Source of the DNA: Eledone cirrhosa
Lineage: Eukaryota
Reading direction: 5' to 3'
Assembly (NCBI GenBank): GCA_964016885.1
Contig: OZ024740.1
Coordinates: 110,422,001 to 110,486,000, forward strand
DNA length: 64,000 nucleotides
Shown: in pieces, positions 28,257-41,753 of the stretch
Layout of the letters: each line of letters starts with the position of its first letter
Position numbering within the stretch: position 1 is the first letter of the stretch
The notes under the pieces: model-generated
Told to the model about the DNA's origin: nothing
The model's input: only the letters and a program-made list of their open reading frames with translations
Databases searched by the model: none
Position numbers and translations under genes: made by a program

Positions 28257-28537
28257 AATAATAATAATAACGAAGATATGGAAGCCGAAAAAGAAAAAGA
28301 AAAAGAAGGGGAAAGGGGAGGATCTAAGACTATAGAGGATTAAGTAAACTAAAACGGTGAGAAATGAAGGAAGGACCAAAATCACAGCAGTTTGCGACAA
28401 CCTTCCACAATTACATCCCCTCTCTTCATCCGCCTGTCCCCCTTGCTCTCCGTCCTCTAAAATAAATTTCGGAAAGCACTACAACAAAACCTTATATATT
28501 TATGCATATATATACACATACATACAAACATCCATCC

Positions 28538-28570
<33 letters not shown>

Positions 28571-28617
28571 TATATGCATACATACATACATATACACACA
28601 CACATATATATATATAT

Positions 28618-28650
<33 letters not shown>

Positions 28651-29568
28651 CATGGTTATATACACACACATGGATACACATTATATATAAACAAATAAAA
28701 AAAATGGCGTTAAGAGAAAGTGAAAGTAATGTAAACCAAGAAATGTCCTCCCTTCAATCTAAAAAAATGAATAAATAAATTAATTAACTGAATAATTAAT
28801 AAAGCCCAGCTGTAGCAATGCCTAACACTACTATGGCTGCTGTGCCGTGTTTGGATTTCGAATTTGTATTATTATTTTTGTTATATATTTATTTTTGGTT
28901 TGTCGCGACCAATAAACAAATACACACACGAGTGGACGAAAGGAAATAAATGAAAACAAGAAGGAAAGAAGAAAAGAATGAAGAAGGAAGAAAAAAAAAT
29001 GAAGAAAGAAGGTAAAAAATGAAAGGAAAATAATTAAATAAATAGATAAATAAATATAATAAAGTAAATACAAGTCCTGTAAAAAAATCACAAGTACACA
29101 GACAGATGATGACAATGATGATAATGATGGCGATGAAGATGATGATGATGATAATGATGGCGATGAAGATGATGATGATGATGATGATGATAATGATGAT
29201 GATGATGATGATGATGTTAGGAAGAAGGAAAAAAAAACAAGAAGCAGGAGAGAAAGAACAGATAAAGGTATAGAAGAAAAAGCAGAACAAGGACAAGGAA
29301 AGTAAAGAAAAAATATAATAAGAAGAAAAAGAGTCATCATGTTTGTATTGGAATACAATGTTATGAAAATGGCAGCAAAGTTGTGTGGATGGCGATGATG
29401 TGACAACATAGTAAAAGACCGGACAAAAATGCTTCCCTGTCGTATTAATGTTACCTCTCTTTACGTTTTGAGTTCAAATCCTGTCAAGATTGACTTTGAA
29501 TTCCTTCCTTCCGGGGTCGATAAATTAAATCGACATTTGCCACCGCATGCCACATACACCACCTCGAT

Positions 29569-29599
<31 letters not shown>

Positions 29600-30390
29600 C
29601 CTACTACCATTGCCATCATTGCCACCACCATCATATGTTTAGTACTAATCATACCAAACAAGTTGCATTTAATCACTAGATTGGCTCCAATCTGCATTGT
29701 CTTATATTCACCAACAATTTCCTTTGAAAGATCTTTTTGAAGTTATATCCCTTGTGCCATATATTTAGATTTCAAACATCGCTAGAGGGCGTTTATATCA
29801 ATTAACCTCAATTCATTATATTACATACATAACACATTACTAATCATTTTTATTAAAGATCTATTTTGTTACACTTGTATATTAGACCTATATGTTCAGT
29901 TGAAGATATTAGTGTTTATTAAAAGAACGTTGCCAAGTAGTTAGGATTTGTGTTCATGATCATAAGGCTGTGGGTCCACTTCTATAAGCAAGTTATTTCC
30001 CGTTGTTATTAATGGCGGAACTCGGGATACTACCATAAAACACACTGAAAAATCTCCAATAAATTGTAACCTAGGAGGAAGCCAGCAAAGCCTACAAAGT
30101 TGTGAGCTGGACATTTAGTTTTCATTTCTCACAATTCCTTAAACATTTCGAATATATGTATATATATAGTGTACATGCGTGTATAAATTGTTCTCGGGAA
30201 TGGTGTACTAACTGTTATAGAACTACTTCTATCTATATATTACAATCGTTTCAGAAAGGTGATTGATCAAGATTAATCATTAAAGTGACAGATCGATAGT
30301 AGTTATGAAACCCCATATTATTTGTTTCGATTCTATAGATTCATCTTACTGTTTTCGTCAGAAACAAGGAATAGCTATTGTATACATACA

Positions 30391-30429
<39 letters not shown>

Positions 30430-30472
30430 GATAGTAACAAATGGAACCGATATTTATAAAAGCATATTTATT

Positions 30473-30529
30473 TCATTATACATATTTCAAGGACACCAAG
30501 TTAAATTATGGTGTACTTTCATCAGATAA
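30473..30529 (-). ncRNA. Minimal type I hammerhead ribozyme motif
   Basis: Minus strand: ttat CTGATGA aagtacacca...tggtgtcctt GAAA tatgta TA atga. Same family as 33748 and 47506. Confidence 0.7.
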
Positions 30530-30650
30530 AATATAATATAGAGCATATAAATATTGACATACCTTTAAAGAATGCGACCATTACTGTTGGAAGCTCCCGA
30601 ATATTTGCTTGTTGTATTCCAACAATTTAAATAGAACTTCTACATATATA

Positions 30651-30750
<100 letters not shown>

Positions 30751-30859
30751 AATTAGTATATCTACTAACATATATATACAGATGCATACCTATGCCAGCA
30801 AATATATAGGTTTTGTCTTAGTAACTTTGTGGTTCAATGCATGGGGATGCAGAACAATA

Positions 30860-31040
30860 ATATGAAAGACGTAAAATAAGAAAATTATAAAAATTAACTT
30901 ACTTACTAAAATTTCACTCCAACTAATTAGTTTCTGAAAGGGAATAAACATAGTTTAGAAACTAATTAGTTTAGAAACTAATTAGTTGGAGTGAAATTTT
31001 AGTAAGTAAGTTAATTTTTATAATTTTCTTATTTTACGTC

Positions 31041-31048
<8 letters not shown>
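30860..31048. repeat. 76-bp perfect inverted repeat abutting (TA)n
   Basis: Arms 30860-30935 and 30973-31048; the spacer contains a short duplication around the palindrome AAACTAATTAGTTT. Confidence 0.9.
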
Positions 31049-31129
<81 letters not shown>

Positions 31130-31388
31130 CGTATGTATGTATGCATGTATATATATTCTAAGAGAAGGAACACTCTGATATAACACCTGCAACCCTGATG
31201 GTATCCAATGATGTTGACTTGTTCTTCTTTTTGGTAAATATCATCTTGGTTAAGAGAGTGGGACTGGCTTTGTGCAGTGCCTTTGCTCACTATAAAAGCT
31301 TCACGGCACAGGCATTGCTTTATATCTGGAGATCTCTCTGCACTTGTCGTCACATGGTACCATGGGCCCAGCACTATGTGTCAATAAT

Positions 31389-31673
<285 letters not shown>

Positions 31674-31867
31674 TATATATATATCATTAAACATGTCTAT
31701 AGAATCACAAGATAAAATATATACTATTTCCTCTCCCAATTAGCATAATTAACTATATAAAAAATCGAATATACCAGGCTATACGAATGAGGCTTCTATG
31801 AAGGAATCTCCGACAAATAACCAAAACTAGCGCTTCGCGTCGGCAGTAGTGGAATATTTATCGAATA

Positions 31868-32705
31868 CTAGCAGTAAAGCCCGGCGTTGCTCGGGGTCGC
31901 TCAGTAGCTGTGTTAAAGTTACAATGTTAAGTTTCTTTTTTGGCTTAAAGTCTGTCTGCACAACTGTCTGTCTGCACGCCTAACGAAATTTACAGATACA
32001 TATATTTTAAATAAACTTATATAATTTTTGCTTTTTTTTTTACGAAATATTTGCTTGTTTTACGTAGTCTTTAAATAGACTTGTTTTCAAGTAAAAATAT
32101 TGTTTTAAAAGGCTTTTAAATAGAAATGGAGCAAAACGGAAGCTTAGTGTTCGAACTGATGAATTTTGCAGGTCAAAATTTTGCTGGCTCGACAACTGTT
32201 CGTGTATTGTGTTAATGTCATTTTAAACGCTGAGAAAGCCAAAGACGCTCAATGGAAACAGAACAAAGGGAAATAACTCGTCACTTACGCTCAAAAATCG
32301 ATACATTAGATTCGATTTCGTCACATAGGGTGGGTCAATTTGAAATATTTTTTTTCCGATGTCTTCGCTAGGGCTCAATGTACAAGTATAGCAATTTCGG
32401 TGCAATTCCGTCAGAGATTCTAAGAGGAGATGTGTGCCAAAAATCGATAGACAGACAGACAGCCACAGCTTTATATATATATAGAACAAAGGGAAATAAC
32501 TCGTCACTTACGCTCAAAAATCGATGCATTAGATTCGATTTCGTCACATAGGGTGGGTCAATTTGAAATATTTTTTTCCGATGTCTTTGCTAGGGCTCAA
32601 TGTACAAGTATAGCAATTTCGGTGCAATTCCGTCAGAGATTCTAAGAGGAGATGTGTGCCAAAAATCGATAGACAGACAGACAACCACAGCTTTATATAT
32701 ATAGA
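31868..32705 (-). mobile_element. Non-autonomous Helitron (838 bp)
   Basis: Minus strand reads 5'-TC...CTAG-3' with subterminal hairpin CCCGAGCAACGCCGGG. Inserted between A and T with no TSD (empty site TCGAATA|TTTCGAC at 33364-33377). The 5'-terminal ~222 bp is tandemly duplicated. Confidence 0.9.
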
Positions 32706-32791
32706 TTTCGACAGCGTAATCGCCTAGATACAGTCGACTAAGCAGAATTAGGTTTAAAATAAACTAGGAGAAAATAGAATACATTTAAATA

Positions 32792-32877
32792 CCTCTACCA
32801 TGGTTTCGTCCGTGTTTTGAGTTTTCCAATAATTATGTAATAATTATATAAACTCGAGCGCCGGATTCTTCAGGAAG
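32792..32877 (-). ncRNA. Minimal type I hammerhead ribozyme motif
   Basis: cttc CTGAAGA atccg...cggac GAAA ccatgg TA gagg; palindromic stem III. Confidence 0.7.
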
Positions 32878-33456
32878 CTCGCTTATATCTAGACATAAAA
32901 TTTTCCAAAACGATCGCGCCAAGAATTCATTTCAAAATGGCTAAAAATCGTGACGTAGTCGCGGTCAAGTTGGAAGGGGTGTGTTAGTTGCTTACGACAG
33001 GTGGCATTTTTGCTAGAAAGCACACCACAATACAGCCAAATTTTTATCTCAACCTAGTGGGAGATTATTACATATAAAAGTTTACATATATATATATATA
33101 TACATACACATATATATACGTGTATGCAACCGGTCACTTTGTGGCTCAATGAAAAATTAATAAATTAAACAATCAGAGCTATATATCATAAAACATGTCT
33201 ATAGAATCACAAGATAAAATATATACTATTTCCTCTCCCAATTAGCATAATTAACTATATAAAAAAATCGAATAGACCAGGCTACACGAATGAGGCTTCT
33301 ATGAAGGAATCTCCGACAATTAACCAAAACTAGCGCTTCGCGTCGGCCGTAGTGGAATATTTATCGAATATTTCGACAGCGTAATCGCCTAGATACAGTC
33401 GACTAAGCAGAATTAGGTTTAAAATAAACTAGGAGAAAATAGAATACATTTAAATA

Positions 33457-33542
33457 CCTCTACCATGGTTTCGTCCGTGTTTTGAGTTTTCCAATAATTA
33501 TGTAATAATTATATAAACTCGAGCGCCAGATTCTTCAGGAAG
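33457..33542 (-). ncRNA. Minimal type I hammerhead ribozyme motif (second copy)
   Basis: Near-identical to 32792-32877. Confidence 0.68.
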
Positions 33543-33560
33543 CTCGCTCATATCTATCTA

Positions 33561-33595
<35 letters not shown>

Positions 33596-33619
33596 GCATA
33601 CATACATACGTACATATAT

Positions 33620-33684
<65 letters not shown>

Positions 33685-33747
33685 TGCATACATACATAGG
33701 TACGTACATATATATATATATGTATATATATATACAGTATATATATT

Positions 33748-33800
33748 TTATCTGATGATAGCGTACCAAAATTTTGGTAACCTTGAAATATATATAATAG
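33748..33800 (+). ncRNA. Minimal type I hammerhead ribozyme motif
   Basis: ttat CTGATGA tagcgtaccaaaattttggtaacctt GAAA tatata TA atag. Confidence 0.6.
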
Positions 33801-33941
33801 AATAAATATTGTTTTATAAATATAGTTTCCATTTATTTAATATCATTGAATATTATACTCCAGAAAACTTGTCGAGTGCTTCTGAATCAGTTATAAACAT
33901 TTATATTTGTTGAATTACCAACAAATTGAATATCCTTTTTG

Positions 33942-33988
<47 letters not shown>

Positions 33989-34035
33989 GTGTGTGTGTGT
34001 ATATCTATATATACATATATATGTATATACATATG

Positions 34036-34127
<92 letters not shown>

Positions 34128-35006
34128 TGTGGTGTGTATAATATATATATACGCATATGAAAAAATGAATATGAGCCACACACACAGATAATACACACAT
34201 ACAATTATAGAAATACACCTAAATACATCTATATACCCACCCACATAACCACACTCTCCACACGTACCACACACATACACGGACCCATCTACTTGTCAGT
34301 AAACTGATAAAGACGAGAATGATATCATTCTCATTAGTGGCTTCCAGATAACATAGAAATGCCAGACAGGACGTCCTTTGGACGAGTCCATTTTGGTGGT
34401 GGAAGGAAGGTACGGTTGGTTGGTGAATCACCGTGTGTATGTGTGTGTATATATATATATACACACATACATATTTACATACATACATACATACATACAC
34501 ACAAATGCACACACATGCACACACACACTCACACATACACATATATATATATATATACACATACATATTTACATACGTACATACATGCATACATACACAC
34601 GCACACACATGCACACACACACACACACACACACTCACACACATATATATATATAAATATATGGATATAAACATATACACGCACACATATCTCTATCATT
34701 TTCTGTCCGTATGTATAAGGTTCATAATATGTGCGTGCGTGTAGTGTGTGTAGTGTGTGTATTTGTGTGTATATCTGTTTGTCTGTATGCGTAAGTATGT
34801 AGTTGTGTGTGTGTGTGTGTATGTTGCTGCGCGTGTGCGGTTGTATGTGTACTTGTAGATCTATTACTGTGTATGACCACCATCAGGTGCATGCCACTCT
34901 ATGCGTCTGTATTGGTGTGTTTGTGTGTGAGTGTACATGTTTTTGTTTGTGTATGTCTGTGAGTGAGGGCTTGTGTGTGTGTGTGTGTGTGTGCGTGTGA
35001 GTATGC

Positions 35007-35055
<49 letters not shown>

Positions 35056-35214
35056 TGTATGTATGACTGTCTGTGTTTGTTTGAATTTAATATAAGTGTG
35101 GGCTTCCAGTGGGCATTTTTATGAATACGAATATGATGTTGTTTGTATGTGTGTGCATGCTTATGTGTGTGTGTCGGCGTGTGGCTGTGTGTGTGTCTGT
35201 GTGAAAGTAAAGAA

Positions 35215-35480
35215 CCCACGTGTCTTAATGGTTAGTGTATTCAACTCTAGATCGTATGGGCGTGTGTTCGATTCCCAACGGCGCATGGCACTTTATTTCC
35301 TGTCTCATCTGTCCACTTACCCGTTCACTAAGCTGTATTGTACCTACAAATTCAAATATCCTGCCTTGTCCCACAATGTGTTGTACTGAACTTTCGTAGG
35401 AACTACGCTAAGGGTACACGCGTCTGTGGAATGTGTAGATACTTACATTTTAATTTCCAGAGTAGGCTATTCTGTTGACT
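35215..35480 (+). mobile_element. Degraded tRNA-derived SINE (second family)
   Basis: A-box-like TCTTAATGGTT, B-box GTTCGATTCC; tail similar to 45645-45800. Confidence 0.5.
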
Positions 35481-35707
35481 GATGAAGGTCCAATTATTTG
35501 TGTGAAAAAAATGTCTATAGGATTCTCAGCCATTTGCACTATAATACAATGGGTAGGTAATTCAGTTAATTGAACAATAGATTTACTCAACGTCGAAACC
35601 AACGGAGGTCCAACGACTTATGTGAAGGTGTGTGTGTTTGTATGGACGTTTGAGAGAAGGAGAGAAAAGTGTAGAAGTGTTTGCGGAATACTCAGCCATT
35701 TACACAA

Positions 35708-35913
35708 TGATTCTACTATAGGCACAAGACCATCAATTTGGGGGAGGGGAAAGTCAATTAAATCGACCCCCAGTGCATTACTGGTACTTTATTTTATCGA
35801 CCCTGTAAGGATGAAAGGCAAAGCTAACCTCGTTGGGATTTGAACTGAGATCATAAACTCTATGCTGCAAAGCATGGTGTCCAAAGCTCTACCGATACTG
35901 CCAATCCACCGCC
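35708..35913 (-). mobile_element. Dominant tRNA-derived SINE copy
   Basis: Same diagnostic motifs as 44278-44473. Confidence 0.85.
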
Positions 35914-36272
35914 CTCGCCATTTACACAATAATACAATTGGTAGGTAGTTGAGTTGACCGAATAAGAGTAATACTTGTCGAAATCGGTGGAGGATCCATT
36001 ACATACATCAGTGTCTTACGATGTCTTCCCTATAAATGACACCTGTAAAACCTCCTACTGTTTCCTTCTACCCAATATCACTCACAAGTTTTGGGTCTAT
36101 AAGTGGCTCTGGTAAATGACGCCTACACAAGATGCCAAACAGTGGGATCGAACCCAATACTTAATGATTGTGAAGAGAACTTTTTTTTACTATTCGGCCA
36201 CAATCGCACAATATTCATCCATTCTACACTAAATATAGAAAACTCTCTTTTTCGATTATTATTATCGCCGTG

Positions 36273-36927
36273 TAGAGTGGTGGATTGGCAGTATCGGTAG
36301 AGAGTCGGACACCATGCTTTGCAGCATAGAGTTATGCCCATTTACGGTCTGAGTTCAAATCCTGCTGAGGTTAACTTTGCCTTTCATCCTTACGGGGTCG
36401 ATAAAATAAAGCACCAGTAACGTACTGGGGTCGATTTAATCGACTTTCCTCTTCCCCCAAATTACTGGCCTTGTGCCTATACTAGAAATCCTTATTATCG
36501 CCGTGCAGGGTGGTGGATTGGCAGTATCGGTAGAGCGTCTGACAACATGCTTTGCAACATAGAGTTGCGTCCCTTTCCGCTCTTAGTTCAAATCCCGCAG
36601 ATGTTAGCTTTGCCTCTCATCCTAATTAAATCGATAATATAAAGTACCAATAACACACAAAGTCTAAAGTCTGTCTTGAACCTAGAGGCTCATTAGGACC
36701 GTGCTTATCCCGGTTTCAGTAGCATGACGCGACTGAAATTACAAGTCTCTCCCCCTGGACAGGACGACAGCCCATCGCAGAGTTAAACCTCCAATTATTG
36801 CTAGTCTAATTTTTTTTTAGCTGAGTATACTGGAGCAATGTGGAATAAAGTGTTTTGTGGGGTCGATTTAATTGACTTTCCTCTCCCCCCAAATTGTTGG
36901 CCTTGTGCCTAAATCAAAAAACATTAT
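36273..36927 (+). mobile_element. Two tandem SINE copies; the second is interrupted at about 36660-36857 by an opposite-strand repeat fragment
   Basis: A and B boxes at about 36287/36351 and 36519/36585; the tail GGGGTCGATTTAATTGACT resumes at 36859. Confidence 0.75.
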
Positions 36928-38061
36928 TTTCGCAGTGTAAAAATCTCGGAGGAGTGCAATTGTATTGGGAGGGTCTGCGGGAATGTCCATTTACATAAAG
37001 GGGGCCTTGGTTGTGGACATATTGGGAAACACTGATTATAGGCTAATGAAAGATTAACAAAAATTACATATTCGAAAATTAGCAAGGAAATTGGGTGATG
37101 TGACACTCATGGAGCTTTATCGTCTCAAAGACATTAATGAAGAAAAGAGAAGAACCGAAGTTGGCAGGAAATAGGAATCGAGTCGTCGCAGACAACTGCT
37201 TTAATGAGAAGTTACATGTGTTAGACATTCCAGAAAAAGAGGAGATAAACATCAAGAATTAGTGGGGGGGATGACGTAAGATTGAAGAATCTCATTTAAA
37301 TTAAATTATAGTGGAATTCTTTAGACAAAGAAGAAGACATACTTAAATAAATAAAGGAAGCGACATACTACACAGCTACACAGTATAATGTAACATTATG
37401 TTACTGATTAAAATTTAATGTATTAATTATATTTTCGTTCCTTGGTATGTATGTATACACACACACACACAAACACACGCACACACACACACACACACAC
37501 AAACAAACACACACATACATATATATATACATACTTATATATAGCAGTATGTGTGTGTGTGTGTTCGTGTGTGTGTGTACCTATATATATGTGTGTGTGT
37601 GTTCGTGTGTGTGTGTGTGTCTATATGTGTGTGTATGTATGGCGCCGCATTGCCTTAGTCGTTAGAATGTTCGATAGAATACTCTGCAGTATTCGTTTTG
37701 ACTTTCTACACTCTGTGTTCAAATCCCAGCGAATTTAACTTTGTTTTTCATCCTTTTGAGGGAAGTTCATAAAAAATACCAGTCCAAAATTGAGCTCGAT
37801 GCTTTCTCTATATGTTTTTCTCACATCCTTTCACTCTTTTTCTCTCCTTTGTGAGAAATAGGTTGGAGAGAGGTGGGCTCCGCTAGGTTTTAAATGTGCT
37901 AGACAGTGACCCCGCAACTCCATTTGGTGTTATGTGGCTTTGCATATATACTGTTATTTCTGGCCAATCCACTCACACCACTTTTGACTTGCAACGCACG
38001 CGGTGAGATTTTCACATTTGTGTGCCTGTTAGCATTAGGTGTTTGTCGCATTTAATCAGAT

Positions 38062-38140
38062 TCTCTCGCTGATGCCCGTGGATTATCTGTTACAAACACA
38101 CTCAGGACGAAACAGATTAATCACTAATCTGTCCGGGAGA
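38062..38140 (+). ncRNA. Type I hammerhead motif with full stem III (core A9 changed to C)
   Basis: tctctcg CTGATGc ...ggac GAAA cagatta atcac taatctg TC cgggaga: 7-bp stem I, 8-bp stem III, GUC cleavage triplet. Confidence 0.65.
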
Positions 38141-38348
38141 TATAATAGTTATCGAGGCGAACTGTATATATTTTTTCTTTCTGTCTGTTTCATGGTTAAA
38201 TATTTCAAACACATGTGGTTCTTCAACCCTCGTAATATTAGACACACGATTTACTCTGTTTATTACTGCATATATTATACCCCCCCCCCCCCACATATAT
38301 ATATAAGTAGAAGGGGTATGTAATTTGTTGGAAGTCCGACAAATATAA

Positions 38349-38383
<35 letters not shown>

Positions 38384-38400
38384 GAGTGTGCGTATGTGTG

Positions 38401-38431
<31 letters not shown>

Positions 38432-39026
38432 GTATGTATATATGTATATATACATGCAGGTGTACATTTATATATAAGTGTGCGTGTGTGTATGTGTATA
38501 TGTAAATGTACACCCTTTAAGTTATTTATCCTCGATCATTTTATAGTATTTCTGTTTACTTTATTCATCTTGTCTCTCCTGTGCCTACCTTTTCTGCTTC
38601 ATCTCTATTAGTGTGGAATAGTTGGCTTTAAGTCCAAGTAGATAGCGGTACGAAAATCCTTACTGCAAGATGCAGCGACCTCGAACTATGAACACTAAAC
38701 TCTTTCTAACGAAATGCAATATTTTATGTAATGCTAACGAGTGAGCATAATAATATGCAATTAGCGTTCGTAGACTGATATTGTGTTGAAACATATGTTA
38801 AATAACGGACTCTAAATAAATATTTCTCCTCTAACCTTTACTTCTTGCCTGCCTAGTCGTTTGTTTTTCCTCGTACTATACCTTTAAATTTATAATTACT
38901 CCGTGATCTTATCTTCCACTTGGATACTGTACATTGAACCCTCAAATTGAACTGTAACCTTACCTTCTGCAATGACCGTGTTGACAAAAATACTTTGGTA
39001 AGCAATCCTCCTGATACACTTTGTTT

Positions 39027-39159
39027 GTACATTGATTAACACAAACAGATTTTAACCTTACATATCTTACACACACACACACACACACGCATATATATAT
39101 ATATATATATATATACGAAGATATGTAAGGTTAAAATTTGTTTGTGTTAATCAATGTAC
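39027..39159. repeat. 42-bp inverted repeat enclosing a (CA)n(TA)n tract
   Basis: Arms 39027-39068 and 39118-39159, one mismatch. Confidence 0.85.
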
Positions 39160-39556
39160 TCCGTCATCCTTGTTTTAAAGAAGTAAATATACGTCGAGTG
39201 CTTGAAGTATATTTATAAAGAGGAAAATGCGAAGTCGTAACTATTAGAGTCTTGTATTAATTGAGCAGTTACACATATTTCCATGACGATAGATATCGTG
39301 ATTTCTTCAGACAGCAAAATTGAGTAAAAGGTAACATTTCCGAGACAATTATGGGTGGAAGGGAGCGGACTAAAAAAATGGATGTTTTTGCTTTGGAAGT
39401 CCACTCCCTTCTGTATACACACACACACATATATACATGTATATATACATACATACATACATATATTTATCTCTCTAAATATATATGTATGTATATATGT
39501 ATGAATATATATATATATATATATATGTATGAATATATATACATATATATATATAT

Positions 39557-40133
39557 AAACATGAGAAGAAAGAAGAATACTGCGTGGTTTGCACATGGGT
39601 GACATATGATAAAAATAGTCCTTCGTCAGTGATTTTCCAACCATCATTGGTATTTCATCGCATTAAAAGTCAGATACCTCAGGTTGGTGCGAGCAATAAC
39701 TCAAAACACTTATTGGGACCAGAATTCGCGTAAGGCGAGGGGGACAAGTAAACAACATAGAAGGATAAAAGCAAACCGAAGATAGGAAAATAAACAAGCA
39801 ACATGGTTGTCCGGTCAGCATAATCTGGGTGGATTTCATGAGCGAGAGAGGTACAGACCGTGTTGATGTGTGTGAGATGTGAGCAAGAAGAGATCCACAC
39901 AAGCCAAACGGGAGGCAGTGAGAAGGGGAGAAACAGAGAGTGAGTGAGTGGAAGTGTGAGGAAGTGTAACTGACAGAGGGGGCGAAAGAAGGTGAGAGAA
40001 ACAGAGAGAGCGGGGAAGCAGTAAGAGAGAAACAGACAAACGCAGCCGAAGTAAATATATGTAAAAACATGAGAAGAAAGAAGAATACTGCGTGGTTTGC
40101 ACATGGGTGACATATGATAAAAATAGTCCTTCG

Positions 40134-40136
<3 letters not shown>
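39557..40136. mobile_element. ~580-bp (TA)n-flanked element with identical ~72-bp terminal direct repeats
   Basis: 39557-39628 equals 40065-40136; AT microsatellites on both sides. Confidence 0.7.
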
Positions 40137-40175
<39 letters not shown>

Positions 40176-40720
40176 GAACAAAGAATCAGTGTTGCATCAT
40201 ATATATATTTAATACATATATATATATAGGCGTGCATACTTGCACACATTCATACATTCATACATACATACATACATACATACATACACACACATATATA
40301 TACATTACGACAAAGTGTGTGAAAGATAGAGAAGGATATATTTGCATCATGAGAAGCCTTCCATTCACACATATGTCAACTGTGATTAGAAAGACGTGTA
40401 GTTGGAATTCAATTATGGTGAGCTTTCTAGCTGTCGCCATCACTACCCCAAATTTACTCACTACCTTGTACTAGCTGATTCCAAATGTTGTCGACTCCCT
40501 TCCATATCCAACAGACAGGATAGAACCTTTAACCTGAAAACATAGAAATAACATCAAGTGATCAATGTGATACTAGATTTCCTCACTCTATTTCATTCTC
40601 TTGCATTCTCTGCTAAAATTTCCCTGGACCTTCGTCCGTTATGACGAAGAGTATTTCAGTTAATAAGTTCAACGGAACAGAATGTTCAGGAAAATAACGT
40701 TCAAGTTGTCAAGCAATCCA

Positions 40721-40921
40721 CAAGGGTCGGCTGAAAGGTTCATATGCTGACCAAGATACTCTCATCGAATGACCAAATGAGGTTTATTTTTTTCAACATA
40801 GTTCCTGGAAAGAAACAATGCAGTCATTAATAAGAAGAATTGAAATTAATGCAAACAAGATTTCACTGCTCTAGCACCACTCTGTCATTGTCTGCCTATG
40901 AATTTTTCAGCTGACCCTCAA
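40721..40921. mobile_element. Tc1/mariner-type MITE (~200 bp)
   Basis: TIRs AGGGTCGGCTGAAAGGTTCATATG and CCTATGAATTTTTCAGCTGACCCT. Confidence 0.7.
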
Positions 40922-40929
40922 ATACCTGT

Positions 40930-41130
40930 AAGGTAGTTCTCGGGATATTCAACATGAGATTATGTGGCAATACTGGTCCTTTGAATTATAGGTTTAACTT
41001 ACAATTGCCAGCTTAGTGGACTGAAGCAACATGAAACAAAATGTCTAGTTCAAGGACAAAACGCTCCGCCGGGAATCGAATTCATGACCTAACGGTCGTC
41101 AGGCGAAGACCATAACCAATGAGCCACACA
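40930..41130 (-). mobile_element. Degraded CORE-type SINE
   Basis: Reverse complement has GTGGCTCATTGGTT, TTCGATTCCC and GTCCTTGAAC. Confidence 0.55.
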
Positions 41131-41238
41131 CCGACCTTTGCTAAAACTCTATGGGAAATTTTAATCATTTTTTAAGCAAATCAAAATAAACCATACTCAA
41201 TAATATATGACAAATATTTCTTCTTTCACTCTCTCTCT

Positions 41239-41281
<43 letters not shown>

Positions 41282-41674
41282 TTAAGTTTATCTACTAATG
41301 TGACGAACGTGTTTATCTCCTCTTCTATTTATTGCAATAACTTACATTTTTAACACATCTTACTTTCTTCTTGCTTTTTTGCTTGCTTTCTTTTCCTTGC
41401 TTCATTCATGTCTTGAGCTATAAGAGCGCACAAAATTCTGTGTTTTGTAGCTTAACGGCAATATATTAATGTTTTTTCTCTCGTCTTTTACTCCACTGGA
41501 CAGCGTTTGGCTTATGTCAGACGCTGTGACCCCAGATGGATCAGTAGTACCGTTGGTAGAGGTCGAAACTGCCCGAAAAGTTCATCCCAACGGCCGATGA
41601 CCGCGGAGTTCTGTGTTCTTCGTTTGCATTTATGTTTTTAAAAAATAATTTTTTACGGTTTCCTTTTATATATA

Positions 41675-41753
41675 TTGGGTTGTAACATAAATTCCCGCCG
41701 TTGTTATAATTTGTTTGTTTTCACAAATCGGCGGGAATTATGTTACAACTTAA
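41675..41753. mobile_element. 79-bp mariner-derived MITE (MADE1-like architecture)
   Basis: TIRs TTGGGTTGTAACATAAATTCCCGCCG and CGGCGGGAATTATGTTACAACTTAA; TA on both sides. Confidence 0.8.

Larger units (their letters stand above)
31689..33555 (-). mobile_element. Two direct copies of a ~365-bp hammerhead-bearing repeat (PLE pLTR or retrozyme-like); first copy split by a Helitron
   Basis: 31689-31867 plus 32706-32891 matches 33191-33555; both copies are flanked by (TA)n. Confidence 0.8.

Noticed and set aside
35479-35520. CTGATGA...GAAA as a hammerhead (similar case at 48835)
   Set aside because: Stems I, II and III do not pair.
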